Numbered from the stretch's first letter, positions 34,912 to 44,052 are shown. The stretch: DNA of 64,000 nt from an uncultured Candidatus Saccharibacteria bacterium (GCA_964394985.1 CAYMZK010000004.1:12746-76745); one strand, 5' to 3'. The notes: generated from the letters alone by a model not told the origin. Numbers and translations are program-made.

Positions 34912-35100
34912 ATGCCTCATTTTGTTGGTTGTGAATTTCAAAGAGAAAAAGGAGATCATAGAATATATTGGAGAAGTGATTTAAAAAGGCCGGTAGTTGT
35001 TCCAAGAGACAAAGAATTACCGGTTTTTGTTATTAAAAATAACATTAGATTATTAGAAATTAGTTCTGAAGAATATCTTGAAATATTAAAACAAATTTAG
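34912..35100 (+). CDS. HicA/YcfA-like mRNA-interferase toxin candidate
   Basis: REKGDHRIYWRS...VVVPRDKELPVFVIKNNIRLLEI resembles the HicA core (kGSHxxy...vPxHxxkel..gtl..Il). Starts 1 nt after the upstream stop. Confidence 0.45.
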   Translation: MPHFVGCEFQREKGDHRIYWRSDLKRPVVVPRDKELPVFVIKNNIRLLEISSEEYLEILKQI

Positions 35101-35116
35101 TAATTAAAACAAAAAT

Positions 35117-35824
35117 ATGAATAAGCAAACAGTTGTATTATTTGGCCCGCCAGGGGCTGGAAAAGGAACGCAATCAGAGTTATTAAAGGATAAACTAGGA
35201 TTGTATTATTTTGAAACAAGTAAAATATTAGAAAGAACGTTTTCTAGAGCAGAAAATCTTCCAGGAGATTCTTCGGAAAGATACGTTGAGGTTGACGGAG
35301 AAAAATTCGATGTTATGCAAGAAAAACAACTTTGGTTAGATGGAAAATTATGTGATCCACCATATGTTACTTATTTAGTTAAAAAAGAAATCAAAGAATT
35401 AGCAAATCAAGGAGAAAGCATAGTTTTGTCCGGATCTCCAAGAACAGTTTACGAAGCCGAAAAAATCATCCCTTTGTTAAAAGGGCTTTATGGAAATAAT
35501 ATTAAGGTAGTTTCAATGGAAATTAGCCCAGAAACAACTATTTATAGAAACTCAAATAGAAGACTTTGTGAATTAGTTCGTCACCCAATTTTATTTTCTG
35601 AACAGACTAAAGACTTAAAAAATTGCCCAATAGACGGATCTAAATTAGTTAAAAGAGATGGCCTGGATAATCCCGAAACTATTAAAACTCGACTAGAAGA
35701 ATACAAAAATAGAACTTATCCAGTGCTAGAAGTTTTTGAAAAAAATGAAATACTAGTCAAAAAAATTAACGGAGAGCAGTCTCCGGCAGACGTCCATCGA
35801 GCTATTCTTTCTGAAATTATCTAA
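35117..35824 (+). CDS. adk: adenylate kinase
   Basis: VVLFGPPGAGKGTQ...GSPRT. Canonical position after secY. Divergent LID. Confidence 0.85.
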   Translation: MNKQTVVLFGPPGAGKGTQSELLKDKLGLYYFETSKILERTFSRAENLPGDSSERYVEVDGEKFDVMQEKQLWLDGKLCDPPYVTYLVKKEIKELANQGESIVLSGSPRTVYEAEKIIPLLKGLYGNNIKVVSMEISPETTIYRNSNRRLCELVRHPILFSEQTKDLKNCPIDGSKLVKRDGLDNPETIKTRLEEYKNRTYPVLEVFEKNEILVKKINGEQSPADVHRAILSEII

Positions 35825-35827
35825 ATT

Positions 35828-36571
35828 ATGTCAATAAGAATTAAGACAGAAAAAGAAATAGAGGTAATGGCTGAAGGTGGGCATATTTTGGCTAGAATAA
35901 TGAATAAGCTTATTGAAAAGTCTAAGGCCGGCATTACTACTCAGGAATTAGACGAGGTTGCCAACAACCTTATTTTAAGTCATGGCGGAAAACCTTCCTT
36001 TAAAGGACATAATGGCTTTCCAGCTACTATTTGTGCTTCTATTAATAATGAATTAGTTCATTGTGCTCCTTCAGAAAGAAAACTTAAAGAAGGAGACATC
36101 TTTTCTATAGATATAGGGATGAAGTATAAAGGGTATCATACCGATATGGCAGTAACTATTCCTATCGGAGAAGTAGATCAAGAAGCTATGAGATTGATTA
36201 GAATAACCAAAAAGGCTCTTAAGAGAGGAATAAAGAAGTCTAGAATTGGTAATACTTTTGGCGATGTTGGCAATACTATTCAAAGATATGTTGAAGATCA
36301 AGGTTTTGAGGCTATCCGAGATTTATGCGGTCATGGTATTGGAAAAGATCTTCATGAAGATCCTCAAATTATGAATTACGGAAGAAGAAAAACTGGACCA
36401 GAAATTAAAAAAGGAATGGTTTTTTGTCTTGAGCCAATGGTTGCTATGGGGGATTGGAATATTGAAAAAAGTAGTGACGGCCACGGCTTTAAAACAAAAA
36501 AGCTCTCAGCTCATTTTGAGCACACAATAGCTATAAGTAAAAATGGCTTGAAGGTTTTAACCCTGTTATAG
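35828..36571 (+). CDS. map: methionine aminopeptidase type I
   Basis: IKTEKEIEVMAEGG...FSIDIG...GYHTDMA...CGHGIG...EPM...FEHT. Confidence 0.95.
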   Translation: MSIRIKTEKEIEVMAEGGHILARIMNKLIEKSKAGITTQELDEVANNLILSHGGKPSFKGHNGFPATICASINNELVHCAPSERKLKEGDIFSIDIGMKYKGYHTDMAVTIPIGEVDQEAMRLIRITKKALKRGIKKSRIGNTFGDVGNTIQRYVEDQGFEAIRDLCGHGIGKDLHEDPQIMNYGRRKTGPEIKKGMVFCLEPMVAMGDWNIEKSSDGHGFKTKKLSAHFEHTIAISKNGLKVLTLL

Positions 36572-36614
36572 TTGTGCTTGTTTTTATTTCTTTGATTGGT
36601 ATAATAAAAACAAC

Positions 36615-37304
36615 ATGGAAAAACTAATTATTGCCAATTGGAAAATGAACCCGAAAAGTTTTAAAGAAGCCGAAGAGCTTTTTGAAGCTGTTAAAGGAAT
36701 AGATTCGGTTATTTGCCCTCCTTTTGTTTATTTACAAAAATTGGGAACTTTAGGGGGTTCTGTGAAACTTGGATCTCAAGATATTTTTTGGGAAGATAGC
36801 GGAGCTTTTACCGGAGAGGTTTCTCCGGCGATGGTAAAAAATTTAGGATGTCAGTATGCTATTATTGGCCATTCTGAAAGAAGAAAATATTTCTATGAAA
36901 CGGATCAAATGGTTAATGATAAGGTTTTGGCTTCTCTAAAAGCTGGACTTACTCCAATTGTTTGTATTGGAGAAACAGAACAAGAAAGAGAATTGGGTCA
37001 AACAGAAGAGATTCTAGAAAGAGAAATAGCTGAAGGACTAAAAGATATAGACTGCTCTAAAATAATTATTGCTTATGAGCCAATTTGGGCTATTGGAACT
37101 GGTAATGCTTGTGATATAGAAGAAGCTAAAAAAGTAAAAGATGTTATTAAACAAATGACCTTAAAAGATGTTAAGGTGCTTTATGGTGGAAGCGCTAAAG
37201 CAGAAAATGCTGGTGGCTATTTAAATGAAGCTGGATTTGACGGTCTCTTAGTTGGTGGCGCCTCTTTAAAGCCGGAAGAATTCAAAAAGATTTGTGAAAT
37301 ATGA
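36615..37304 (+). CDS. tpiA: triosephosphate isomerase (short, 229 aa)
   Basis: IIANWKMN...IIGHSERR...AYEPIWAIGTG...YGGS. Confidence 0.92.
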   Translation: MEKLIIANWKMNPKSFKEAEELFEAVKGIDSVICPPFVYLQKLGTLGGSVKLGSQDIFWEDSGAFTGEVSPAMVKNLGCQYAIIGHSERRKYFYETDQMVNDKVLASLKAGLTPIVCIGETEQERELGQTEEILEREIAEGLKDIDCSKIIIAYEPIWAIGTGNACDIEEAKKVKDVIKQMTLKDVKVLYGGSAKAENAGGYLNEAGFDGLLVGGASLKPEEFKKICEI

Positions 37305-39061
37305 AATCTGAAGAACTGCGAAGTAAATTTTTAGACTATTTTAAAAGAAAGGGGCATAGAATTGTGCCCTCTAGCTCTTTAATTCCTCAAGATAATACCG
37401 TGCTTTTAACTACAGCTGGAATGCAACAATTTGTTCCTTATCTTTCTGGAGAAAAAGATCCGGTTGAAGATCTTGGATCTTTGCATTTAGTTTCGGTTCA
37501 AAAGTGTTTTCGGACTCCGGATATTGATGAAGTTGGCGATGATACTCATCATACTTTTTTTGAAATGCTTGGTAATTGGTCTATTGGCACAGATGAAAAG
37601 GGAAACTATTTTAAAGAAGGAGCTATTAAGCTTGCTCTAGATTTTTTCCTAAATGAAATTGGACTAGATAAAGAAAGGATTTATGTTACTGTTTTTAAGG
37701 GCGAAGGAGATATTCCTAAAGATACCGAAGCAATAGAAATTTGGAAAGAAAATGGTATTTCAGAAGAAAGAATTAAAGAATTTGGCCTAGAAGATAATTT
37801 TTGGGGACCAACAGCTGAAACTGGTCCTTGTGGTCCTTGCTCTGAAATTCATTATGATAGAGGAGAGTATTATGGTTGTGGAAAAGAATGCGGACCTAAT
37901 TGCGAAGAATGCAAAAGGTTTGTAGAACTCTGGAACTTGGTTTTTATGGAGTATAACAAGAAGACTGATGGGACCTTTGAGAAATTATCACAAACTAACA
38001 TTGATACTGGTATTGGCTTTGAAAGATTGCTTTCTCTATTAAACGATAAAGATTCGGCTTATGAAACTGATTTGTTTGATGAGATTATCGGGAAAATAGA
38101 AGATCTTTGTGATAAAGAATATGGGGAGAACAAAAAAGCCTTTAGAGTAATTGCTGATCATATTAAGGGAGCTTGTTTTCTAGTTGCCGATGGTGTAGTT
38201 CCAAGCAATACCGAAAGAGGGTATATTTTAAGAAGAGTTTTAAGAAGAGCGATTAGGTTTGGTAAGTTGTTGGGAATGGAAAACTTTTTAGCTGATGTTG
38301 CTAAGGTGGTAATAGATAAATATGGAGATATCTATTCTGAATTAAGAAGAAGCGATCTTTTAGATATAATTAAAGAGGAAGAGGAGAAGTTTGAAAAAAC
38401 TTTAGAAAATGGCTTAAAACAATTTGAGAAATTAAATAAAATTACCGGAGAAAGCGCCTTTGATCTTTATCAAACTTATGGTTTTCCTTTAGAGTTAACT
38501 GAAGAACTAGCCAAGGAGAAGGGAATAGAGGTAGATAAAGATTCTTTTAAAAAAGCCCTAAAGAAACATCAAGAGATATCTAGGGCTGGGGCTGAAAAGA
38601 AGTTTAAGGGAGGACTAGCTGATACTTCTGATCAAGTAGTTAAATATCATACTACTAACCACTTGCTTTTAGCGGCCTTAAGAGAGATTTTAGGTGATCA
38701 TGTAGAGCAAAAAGGAAGTAATATTACAGCCGAGCGCTTACGTTTTGATTTTTCTCATTCAGAAAAGCTTACCAACGAAGAGATTAAAAAAGTAGAAGAT
38801 TTGGTTAACAAAAAGATTGAAGAAGATCTAGAAGTTAGCTTTGAAGAGATGTCTTTAGAGGAAGCAAGGGCAAAAGGAGCAATGGGTGTTTTTGGAGAAA
38901 GATATGGAGAAGTTGTCAAAGTTTATTCTATTGGAGATTTTTCAAAAGAGATTTGTGGTGGTCCTCATGTTAAAAGAACTTCTGAATTGGGGAAGTTTAA
39001 AATAGTTAAAGAAAAATCATCTAGCTCCGGTATCCGGAGAATAAAGGCTATTTTGGAGTAA
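37301..39061 (+). CDS. alaS: alanyl-tRNA synthetase, truncated form lacking the C-Ala domain (586 aa)
   Basis: RSKFLDYFKRKGHRIVPSSSLIP...TTAGMQQF...CGPCSEIHYD. Editing-domain HxxxH (TTNHLLLAAL) and CGGPHV are present. Ends soon after. Confidence 0.9.
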   Translation: MKSEELRSKFLDYFKRKGHRIVPSSSLIPQDNTVLLTTAGMQQFVPYLSGEKDPVEDLGSLHLVSVQKCFRTPDIDEVGDDTHHTFFEMLGNWSIGTDEKGNYFKEGAIKLALDFFLNEIGLDKERIYVTVFKGEGDIPKDTEAIEIWKENGISEERIKEFGLEDNFWGPTAETGPCGPCSEIHYDRGEYYGCGKECGPNCEECKRFVELWNLVFMEYNKKTDGTFEKLSQTNIDTGIGFERLLSLLNDKDSAYETDLFDEIIGKIEDLCDKEYGENKKAFRVIADHIKGACFLVADGVVPSNTERGYILRRVLRRAIRFGKLLGMENFLADVAKVVIDKYGDIYSELRRSDLLDIIKEEEEKFEKTLENGLKQFEKLNKITGESAFDLYQTYGFPLELTEELAKEKGIEVDKDSFKKALKKHQEISRAGAEKKFKGGLADTSDQVVKYHTTNHLLLAALREILGDHVEQKGSNITAERLRFDFSHSEKLTNEEIKKVEDLVNKKIEEDLEVSFEEMSLEEARAKGAMGVFGERYGEVVKVYSIGDFSKEICGGPHVKRTSELGKFKIVKEKSSSSGIRRIKAILE

Positions 39062-39088
39062 TTATTTTTTCTGTGGTATAATTAATAA

Positions 39089-39766
39089 ATGAGAAGTTTT
39101 TTAAAAAAACCTTTTCTAGTTTTAGATGTTGATCAAGATTTGATAAAAGCTTTAATCCTTGAACAAAAAGGCAAAGATTTGGTTGTTTTAAGAAATCATA
39201 TTAACAAAGAAGGAATTTTAAGTTCTTTGCAAGAAATTCAAGAAGGATTTAGAAAAGACATAAAAAAAATACCTTTATTAGTTTGTCCTCCTTCTAATCT
39301 TTTAAGAGCTAGGGCCATTGATTTTTCTTTTAATAGAAAGATTGATTGCCCAATTGATAAAAAGGAAGAGATGGATTTAATGGGAAAAGTTTTAGATTCA
39401 GTTAAAAAAAGAGTTAGTCAAGAGTTTTTAAGAGATTGCGGTATTTTGCCAGAAGACCTTCATTTTACTAATTTTAAAGTAACTGAGAGAAAGATTAATG
39501 GCTATCTAGTGGATAGATTAGCTGGTTATAGTGGTCTAGAATTAGACCTTAAAGTTTTAGTTAGCTTTATTCCCAAAAGAGACTTTAAGAAGATAAATTT
39601 TACTTTTGATCAAGCGGGTGTTAAAATTGATAAAATAGCCCATTTATCTGAAGCTTTATCTGAAGTGAGCTATTTAAGAGATTTTAAGCATATCAAGCCT
39701 ATATCAAATGATAGGCGCTATTTATCAAGCTTATTAATGTCATACTATGCCAAAGAAGTTTTATGA
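39089..39766 (+). CDS. hypothetical protein (possibly a divergent actin-fold FtsA/PilM-like N-domain)
   Basis: LVLDVDQDLIKALILEQ weakly resembles the phosphate-1 strand of actin-fold proteins. No confident family. Confidence 0.3.
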   Translation: MRSFLKKPFLVLDVDQDLIKALILEQKGKDLVVLRNHINKEGILSSLQEIQEGFRKDIKKIPLLVCPPSNLLRARAIDFSFNRKIDCPIDKKEEMDLMGKVLDSVKKRVSQEFLRDCGILPEDLHFTNFKVTERKINGYLVDRLAGYSGLELDLKVLVSFIPKRDFKKINFTFDQAGVKIDKIAHLSEALSEVSYLRDFKHIKPISNDRRYLSSLLMSYYAKEVL

Positions 39767-41000
39767 TATCATGCCACCGGGAAAAAAAATAGAACCAGTG
39801 GAGACAAATCCTCAAGAAGAGATTTCTCTAAAGGTTAAAACCCCCGGAAAAAAAAGAAAATGGATTATTGGTTTAGTTGTCTTTCTTCTTTTAGTCGGAG
39901 TTTCTCTTTGGGTTTCTTTTGCTTTTTCTGAAGTCAAAATAGCTATTTTTCCTAAATTAGATAAAGTGGCTTTAACTGAGACAGTAACGGTTAAACTAGA
40001 CTCTTCTTTGGATTTAGAAAATAATATTATTCCTGGTCAAAAGGTAGATAATGAAAAGATTTTAGCTCAAGATTTTCAGGCTACCGGGAAGGCGACCAAA
40101 GAAGCCAAAGCTACGGGAACAATTACAGTATACAATGCTTATTCCTCAACTCCAAGAACTTTTATTCCTTCTCGTTTTGTTTCAGCCGATGGCAAATTGT
40201 TTTGGTCAACTGAAAAAATTAGCGTGCCTGGATATACTAAAGAGGGGAATAAAGTTATTCCTGGAGAGGTTCAAGTCCCTGTTATTGCTAGTGAAGCTGG
40301 GCCAGAGTATAATATAGAGGCGACTACTTTTGCTATGCCGGGATTAGCTGGAACAGCTCTTTATACCACTATTTATGCTAAGTCTTTTGAGCCGATGACT
40401 GGTGGCTATATTGGTGAGTCAAGAAAGATTACAGAATCAGATTTAGAAAATGCTAAAAATGTCTTAATTGATAAGACCAAAGTTGAGGGTAAAGAGATTT
40501 TAAAAAAATCTTTACCCTTAGATCTTGTTCTTCTTGAAGAAACTTTAACTCAAGAAGTTTTAGAAGGTAAGTTTTCTCATTCATTGAGTGACGAAGTGGA
40601 TAATTTTAATTATGAAGTAAAGGTTAGATCTGAAGGGGTTGCTTTTAGTCGGTTAGATATAGAATTATTAGCTAAAGAAAGAATTAATTCAATAATTGAT
40701 AAAGATAAAACAATTAAAAAGGACAGTTTTAAGATAGAGTATAATTTAAAGGAAGTTAGTCCTGATGAAATGACTATTGAAATAGTTTTTAGTGTTGATG
40801 TATATACTGATATTAACTTAGAAGAAGCTAGAAAGGCTGTTACGGGGAAGTCTTTAGAGGAAACCTCTTTATTTTTAAAGTCCTTGTCTGGAATAGAAAA
40901 GGTTAAAATAGATAAAGGTAGCTTTATGCGAAGAAGCGTTCCAAGCTCTTTAGATAAAGTGAAAATCGATCTAATACTTGACCCCGCAGAAGAAATTTGA
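39747..41000 (+). CDS. hypothetical membrane-anchored protein (N-terminal TM, large extracytoplasmic domain)
   Basis: MPKKFYDIMPPGKK, then a TM helix, then a beta-rich domain. The last 5 codons and the stop lie inside the repeat element at 40982-41057. Confidence 0.5.
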   Translation: MPKKFYDIMPPGKKIEPVETNPQEEISLKVKTPGKKRKWIIGLVVFLLLVGVSLWVSFAFSEVKIAIFPKLDKVALTETVTVKLDSSLDLENNIIPGQKVDNEKILAQDFQATGKATKEAKATGTITVYNAYSSTPRTFIPSRFVSADGKLFWSTEKISVPGYTKEGNKVIPGEVQVPVIASEAGPEYNIEATTFAMPGLAGTALYTTIYAKSFEPMTGGYIGESRKITESDLENAKNVLIDKTKVEGKEILKKSLPLDLVLLEETLTQEVLEGKFSHSLSDEVDNFNYEVKVRSEGVAFSRLDIELLAKERINSIIDKDKTIKKDSFKIEYNLKEVSPDEMTIEIVFSVDVYTDINLEEARKAVTGKSLEETSLFLKSLSGIEKVKIDKGSFMRRSVPSSLDKVKIDLILDPAEEI

Positions 41001-41057
41001 TTTAGATTTTTTTAAAAAAATCTAAACTGTGGAACAGATCAAATTTTCTCTGCGGGG
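40982..41057. mobile_element. short (76-bp) member of the CCCCGYAGA-TIR MITE-like family
   Basis: TIRs CCCCGCAGAAGAAATTTGAT / ATCAAATTTTCTCTGCGGGG, flanked by TTGA on both sides. Internal palindrome TTTAGATTTTTTT/AAAAAAATCTAAA. Confidence 0.7.
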
Positions 41058-41086
41058 TTGACTAAATAATTGGATTTTGTTAGACT
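41058..41086 (+). promoter_or_regulatory. promoter upstream of infA (TTGACT-17-TAGACT)
   Basis: TTGACT at 41058-41063 and TAGACT at 41081-41086. Confidence 0.45.
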
Positions 41087-41097
41087 TATTACCATAA

Positions 41098-41322
41098 ATG
41101 GATAATCAGAATAAAAACACAATTAAAAAACAAGGCACCGTTTTGGAAGCTTTGCCAAGTACTCATTTTAAAATAGAATTAGAAGATGGTAAGGTTATTA
41201 TCGCTCATTTGGCTGGTAAAATGAGAATTCATAGAATTAAAGTTTTGCCGGGAGATAAAGTTACTGTTGAAATGAGTCCTTATGATGAAAACCGTGGAAG
41301 GATTGTCTATCGCGGTAAATAG
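41098..41322 (+). CDS. infA: translation initiation factor IF-1
   Basis: [51 protein letters not shown]...GRIVYRGK. Confidence 0.97.
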   Translation: MDNQNKNTIKKQGTVLEALPSTHFKIELEDGKVIIAHLAGKMRIHRIKVLPGDKVTVEMSPYDENRGRIVYRGK

Positions 41323-41323
41323 T

Positions 41324-41440
41324 ATGAAAGTAAGAGCATCGGTAAAAAAAATTTGTCGAGACTGTAAAATCGTCCGAAGAAAGGGACGAATTTATGTTAT
41401 TTGCAAAAAGAATCCAAAACACAAACAGCGCCAAGGTTAA
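41324..41440 (+). CDS. rpmJ: 50S ribosomal protein L36 (zinc form)
   Basis: Not in the ORF track. Hand translation: [38 protein letters not shown]. Confidence 0.93.
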   Translation: MKVRASVKKICRDCKIVRRKGRIYVICKKNPKHKQRQG

Positions 41441-41447
41441 AAATATT

Positions 41448-41837
41448 ATGCCAAGAATTGCAGGAGTAAATATACCTAATGACAAAAAAATAGTAATCGC
41501 CCTAACCTATATCTTCGGAATAGGTCTTTCTTCTAGTAAGAAAGTTTTAAAACAAACTGGAATTGATCCTAATCTTAGGGCGTCAGAATTAAAAGCTGAC
41601 CAAATTAATACTTTAAAAGATGTAATTGAAAAGAATTACCGAATTGAAGGTGATTTAAAAAAAGACTTAATTACAGATGTTAGAAGATTAAAAGACATTA
41701 GTTGTTGGCGAGGAGGCCGTCATATTAAAAACCTTCCAGTTAGAGGTCAAAGAACTAAAACTAACAGTAGGACTATTAGGGGGAATACTAGAAAAACTGT
41801 TGGTTCTGGCAGGAAAGGCGCTCCAGCTCCTAAATAA
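41448..41837 (+). CDS. rpsM: 30S ribosomal protein S13
   Basis: MPRIAGVNIPNDKKIVIALTYIFGIG...CWRGGRH. ATG at 41448 is preferred. Confidence 0.96.
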   Translation: MPRIAGVNIPNDKKIVIALTYIFGIGLSSSKKVLKQTGIDPNLRASELKADQINTLKDVIEKNYRIEGDLKKDLITDVRRLKDISCWRGGRHIKNLPVRGQRTKTNSRTIRGNTRKTVGSGRKGAPAPK

Positions 41838-41842
41838 TAAAT

Positions 41843-42292
41843 ATGGGGAAAAAGAGAATTATTCAAAAAAGTGAAGAAGAGTTAATTAAAGAAAGAGAGC
41901 AAGTAGATGCTGGCGTTAAAGGTGTTAAGGTTAAAAAATCTGCTAAAACTAGAGAGGGTCGTGTTTATATTTCTTCTTCTTATAATAATACCCTTATTAG
42001 CTTAACTGATGATAGAGGGAATAAGCTAGCGGCTGCTAGTGCTGGATCAATTGGTTTTAAGGGGGCCAAAAAAGCTACTCCTTTTGCTGCCTCTAAAGTA
42101 GCTGAAAGTATTTGCTTAGTGGCTCAGAAGATGAGAATAGAAAGTGTTTCAGTTTTTGTTAAAGGAATTGGGTCTGGAAGAGATTCGGCCATAAGATCAC
42201 TAGCCAATCATGGCTTAGAGATATTAGCAATTAAAGATGTTACTCCTATTCCGCATAATGGATGTAGGGCTCCTAAGCCAAGAAGAGTATAA
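41843..42292 (+). CDS. rpsK: 30S ribosomal protein S11
   Basis: GRVYISSSYNNTLISLTD...GFKGAKKATPFAA...DVTPIPHNGCRAPKPRR. Confidence 0.97.
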   Translation: MGKKRIIQKSEEELIKEREQVDAGVKGVKVKKSAKTREGRVYISSSYNNTLISLTDDRGNKLAAASAGSIGFKGAKKATPFAASKVAESICLVAQKMRIESVSVFVKGIGSGRDSAIRSLANHGLEILAIKDVTPIPHNGCRAPKPRRV

Positions 42293-42294
42293 TT

Positions 42295-42924
42295 ATGCAA
42301 AATAATAAATGTAAAATTTGTAGAAGGTCAGGAATTAAGCTTTTTTTAAAGGGGGAGCGTTGTTTTTCGCCAAAATGTGCCATTATTAAAAGACCCTATG
42401 CTCCCGGACAAAAAGCGAAAAAAAGAAGAAGAAATATCTCAGAGTTTGGTAAAGAATTAAAAGAAAAACAAAAGCTAAAGAACTGGTATAATTTAAACGA
42501 AAAACAGTTTAGCTCTTATGTAAAGGAAGTTTTAAATAAAGGCTCGGAGACAATTGATGCTGGAACCGCGCTTTTAGCTAAATTGGAGAGTCGTTTTGAT
42601 AATGTTATTTTTCAAGCTGGCTTTGCTAGCTCTAGATCGCAAGCTAGACAACTAGTAGGCCATGGATTTTTTATGCTTAATGGCAGAAAAGTTAATGTTC
42701 CTTCTGTAAATATTAAAAAAGGAGATAAGATAACTCTTCATTCAAAGGTAACTAAAAAGAAATCTTTCACTAATCTTTCAACTTATTTAAAAAAACATAA
42801 AGCACCTTCTTGGATTAGGGTAAATACTGAAAAGTCAGAAATAGAAATTATTGGTCAGCCAGGATTGGAAGATACTGCTTCGCCAGCAGAACTTTCTTCA
42901 ATCTTTGAGTTTTATTCTAAATAA
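42295..42924 (+). CDS. rpsD: 30S ribosomal protein S4
   Basis: CKICRRSGIKLFLKGERC...LESRFDNVIFQAGFASSRSQARQLVGHG (S4 domain). Confidence 0.96.
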   Translation: MQNNKCKICRRSGIKLFLKGERCFSPKCAIIKRPYAPGQKAKKRRRNISEFGKELKEKQKLKNWYNLNEKQFSSYVKEVLNKGSETIDAGTALLAKLESRFDNVIFQAGFASSRSQARQLVGHGFFMLNGRKVNVPSVNIKKGDKITLHSKVTKKKSFTNLSTYLKKHKAPSWIRVNTEKSEIEIIGQPGLEDTASPAELSSIFEFYSK

Positions 42925-42948
42925 ATAGTTATAAAATAATTAAAAAAT

Positions 42949-43698
42949 ATGATTCCTTTACCAAAAAAACCAAAAATTGTTAAAACAAAGGATAACTGGG
43001 CTCAATTTGAAATAGAGGGGCTTTATCCTGGTTATGGTGTTACTCTTGGAAATTCTTTAAGAAGAGTTTTGCTTTCTTCTCTAGAGGGGGCCGCTGTAAC
43101 TCAAGTTAAAATCAAAGGAGCTCAACATGAATTTTCAACAATTTCCGGGGTTTTAGAAGATGTAATTACTATTATTATGAACTTAAAACAATTAAGGTTT
43201 AAAGTTTATTCAGAAGAACCTCAAAAGGCTACTTTGAAAATAAAAGGAGAAAAAAAGGTAAAAGGTAAAGATTTAAAGTTACCAACTCAATTAGAATTAA
43301 TGAACAAAGAGGCTCATATTGCTACTCTAACTAGCTCTAAGTCTGACTTCGAAATGGAAATTCAAATAAAAAAAGGGATTGGCTATGAGCCAGTGGAAAG
43401 AAGAAAAAAAGACAAGAAGCTAGAGATTGGAGTTATTCCGATAGACGCTATTTATACTCCAGTTAAAAGAGTAAGTTATAATGTAGAGAATATGAGAGTT
43501 GGAGAAAGAACAGATTTTGATCGCTTGAATTTAGAAATTGAAACAGATAGCATTATTTCTCCAGAAGAGGCTCTAGAGCAATCAGCAGATATTTTAGTCA
43601 AGCACTTTTCTTTATTGACTAAAGAAGAAGAAAAAGAACCCGCTAAGACTAAAAGTTCAGGAGAAACAAAGAAGAAAGAAGAGAAAAAGAAGAAATAA
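42949..43698 (+). CDS. rpoA: DNA-directed RNA polymerase alpha subunit, N-terminal domain only (249 aa, no alpha-CTD)
   Basis: GYGVTLGNSLRRVLLSSLEGAAVT...IPIDAIYTPVKRVSYNVE...TDFDRL. Ends in a Lys/Glu tail (KEEEKEPAKTKSSGETKKKEEKKKK) directly before rplQ. Confidence 0.9.
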   Translation: MIPLPKKPKIVKTKDNWAQFEIEGLYPGYGVTLGNSLRRVLLSSLEGAAVTQVKIKGAQHEFSTISGVLEDVITIIMNLKQLRFKVYSEEPQKATLKIKGEKKVKGKDLKLPTQLELMNKEAHIATLTSSKSDFEMEIQIKKGIGYEPVERRKKDKKLEIGVIPIDAIYTPVKRVSYNVENMRVGERTDFDRLNLEIETDSIISPEEALEQSADILVKHFSLLTKEEEKEPAKTKSSGETKKKEEKKKK

Positions 43699-43700
43699 TT

Positions 43701-44048
43701 ATGAGAAAATTAAAGCAAGGTAGAAAATTTGGTAGAGAAAAAGATCAAAGGAAAGCTTTAAAGAAATCTTTAGCTAGATCCTTGTTTTTGTATGGCAAAA
43801 TAACAACTACTGAAGCCAAAGCCAAAGAGCTTTCTAGTTTTGCCGAAAAGATGATTACTAAAGCTAAAAATAATACTTTGGCTTCCAGAAGGGCTTTAAC
43901 TACTTATTTCTCAAAAGATTTAACTAAAAAATTAATTGAAGAAATTGCTCCTAAATACCAAGAAAGAAAGGGAGGCTATACTCGAATTATTAAAAAGGGT
44001 CCAAGGAGTTCCGATGGAGCTAAAATAGCTATAATTGAATTAGTTTAA
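43701..44048 (+). CDS. rplQ: 50S ribosomal protein L17
   Basis: KLKQGRKFGREKDQRKALKKSLARSL...GGYTRIIK. Confidence 0.95.
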   Translation: MRKLKQGRKFGREKDQRKALKKSLARSLFLYGKITTTEAKAKELSSFAEKMITKAKNNTLASRRALTTYFSKDLTKKLIEEIAPKYQERKGGYTRIIKKGPRSSDGAKIAIIELV

Positions 44049-44052
44049 AGTT

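Noticed and set aside
34912-35100. HicA-like ORF being an N-terminally truncated pseudogene
   Set aside because: An in-frame stop lies 9 nt upstream, so it cannot extend. At 62 aa it is within the normal HicA size range, so it is kept as a possibly intact gene at moderate confidence.
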